Positions 63,068 through 64,000 of a stretch of DNA of 64,000 bases are shown here, piece by piece. How positions within the stretch are numbered: position 1 is the first letter of the stretch; each line of letters opens with the position of its first letter. Source of the DNA: Alphaproteobacteria bacterium. Its GTDB lineage: Bacteria > Pseudomonadota > Alphaproteobacteria > CALKHQ01. Under the pieces are notes generated by a model. That model was given only the letters and a program-made list of their open reading frames with translations, had not been told where the DNA came from and did not search any database. Both the position numbers and the translations under genes were made by a program. The stretch is from the NCBI GenBank assembly GCA_965227515.1, contig CBDDFZ010000002.1:416001-480000 (forward strand), written 5' to 3'.

Positions 63068-64000
63068 ATGAAATTCGGCGCTTCGTCGTGGCCGTTCCAG
63101 TGGGAACCGCCTTATGAGGACTGCATCCGCTGCATCGCCAGCCTGGGCTTTCGCGCGATCGAGCTGATCGCCTGGAACAAGGACTACCTGGACGACTACT
63201 ACACCAAGGACACCATCGCGAACCTGAAGGCGGTGCTGGACGGCGAGGGGCTGGAACTCTCCCAGTTCGTCTCCACGCCGCACGACCTGTCCCACGAGGA
63301 CCAAGCCAAGCGCGATGCCGCCGTCGACCACTGGAAGAAGACGGTGGAGGTGGGCGTCGAGCTGGGGGCTGGGCTCATCAACATGGTCTCCTCGCACGCG
63401 TTCGCCATGCGCGACGGCGTGCAGGTGCCGCGGCTGATGAACAAGCCGGTGCTGCAGACCTATGCCATCGACGCGCCGGCCGGGAAGGACTGGAACCGCA
63501 ATTACGACGACTATGTCGCCGCGATCCGCCGTTGTGCCGATGCGTGCGAGGCTGCCGGCGTCGCGATGACGGTGGAGCCGCATCCGGGCCGCTACCTCGC
63601 CAACACCGATGGCGCGCTCCGGCTGCTGGAGCACGTGGACTCGCCGGCGCTGGGCGTCAATTTCGATCCCAGCCACACCTTCCCCTGCGGCGACTTTCCC
63701 AACGTCACCGTCTACCGGCTGGGCCTGAACATCCGCCACTGCCACATCTCCGACAATGACGGGGTGACCAACGCGCACTGGCGGCCCGGCATGGGCAAGA
63801 TCGACTGGCGGGCGATGTTCGCGGCGTTGCAGGAGGTTGGCTACGACGGCGTGGTGTCGATCGAGCTGGAGGACGTGCCGGGCGTGTCGCGCGGCGGCAA
63901 CCCCAGCGTACCCGGTGTCTTCCGCAACGTCACCGCGACCGAGACCTTCATCGCCGAGACGGTGGCGGCGCGAGACTACCTGATGGCGATCTGCGACGAC
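63068..64000 (+). CDS. Sugar phosphate isomerase/epimerase (xylose-isomerase-like TIM barrel), 3' end outside window
   Basis: Not in ORF track; ATG 63068 MKFGASSW..GFRAIEL; VEPH, NFDPSH, CHISDND, HW.PG.GKIDW, GYDG.VSIELE. Confidence 0.88.
   Translation, partial: MKFGASSWPFQWEPPYEDCIRCIASLGFRAIELIAWNKDYLDDYYTKDTIANLKAVLDGEGLELSQFVSTPHDLSHEDQAKRDAAVDHWKKTVEVGVELGAGLINMVSSHAFAMRDGVQVPRLMNKPVLQTYAIDAPAGKDWNRNYDDYVAAIRRCADACEAAGVAMTVEPHPGRYLANTDGALRLLEHVDSPALGVNFDPSHTFPCGDFPNVTVYRLGLNIRHCHISDNDGVTNAHWRPGMGKIDWRAMFAALQEVGYDGVVSIELEDVPGVSRGGNPSVPGVFRNVTATETFIAETVAARDYLMAICDD

Overview
GC-rich (about 65-70% by eye) bacterial chromosomal segment with alphaproteobacterial features (chorismate mutase-hisC-tyrA operon, metX, GTAG- and CGTC-type REP palindromes). 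1-23.5 kb is a catabolic/uptake island: four ABC importers (Pot-like, two sugar-type, Liv-type), two paralogous hydantoinase/oxoprolinase-family genes, DUF917, a hydantoin-type racemase and a creatininase-family gene. Next come a dense REP/tandem-repeat cluster, a sulfation cluster (arylsulfotransferase, small membrane protein, membrane-anchored sulfotransferase) and a GNAT/ATP-grasp-like/CocE operon. The rest holds mutL, two tandem RTX Ca-binding proteins, pgi, clpB, aromatic/His/Met biosynthesis genes and assorted enzymes. Most notable: (i) an AT-rich island at about 48.5-50.7 kb with a translationally coupled RelE/HigB-like toxin, long-tailed XRE antitoxin and unknown third gene (toxin-antitoxin-chaperone-like, candidate defence system); (ii) two orphan minimal cysteine-protease-like proteins (YopT/C58-like and caspase/clan-CD-like); (iii) a split, domain-swapped 'MFS-spermidine synthase' module whose membrane domain is fused to a gluconolactonase propeller; (iv) a palindromic repeat translated in-frame in livG; (v) an identical LacI-type palindrome upstream of both an ABC cluster and the RTX genes. 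No rRNA, tRNA, CRISPR, transposase or integrase was recognised. All family calls are from motifs read by eye, not database searches.
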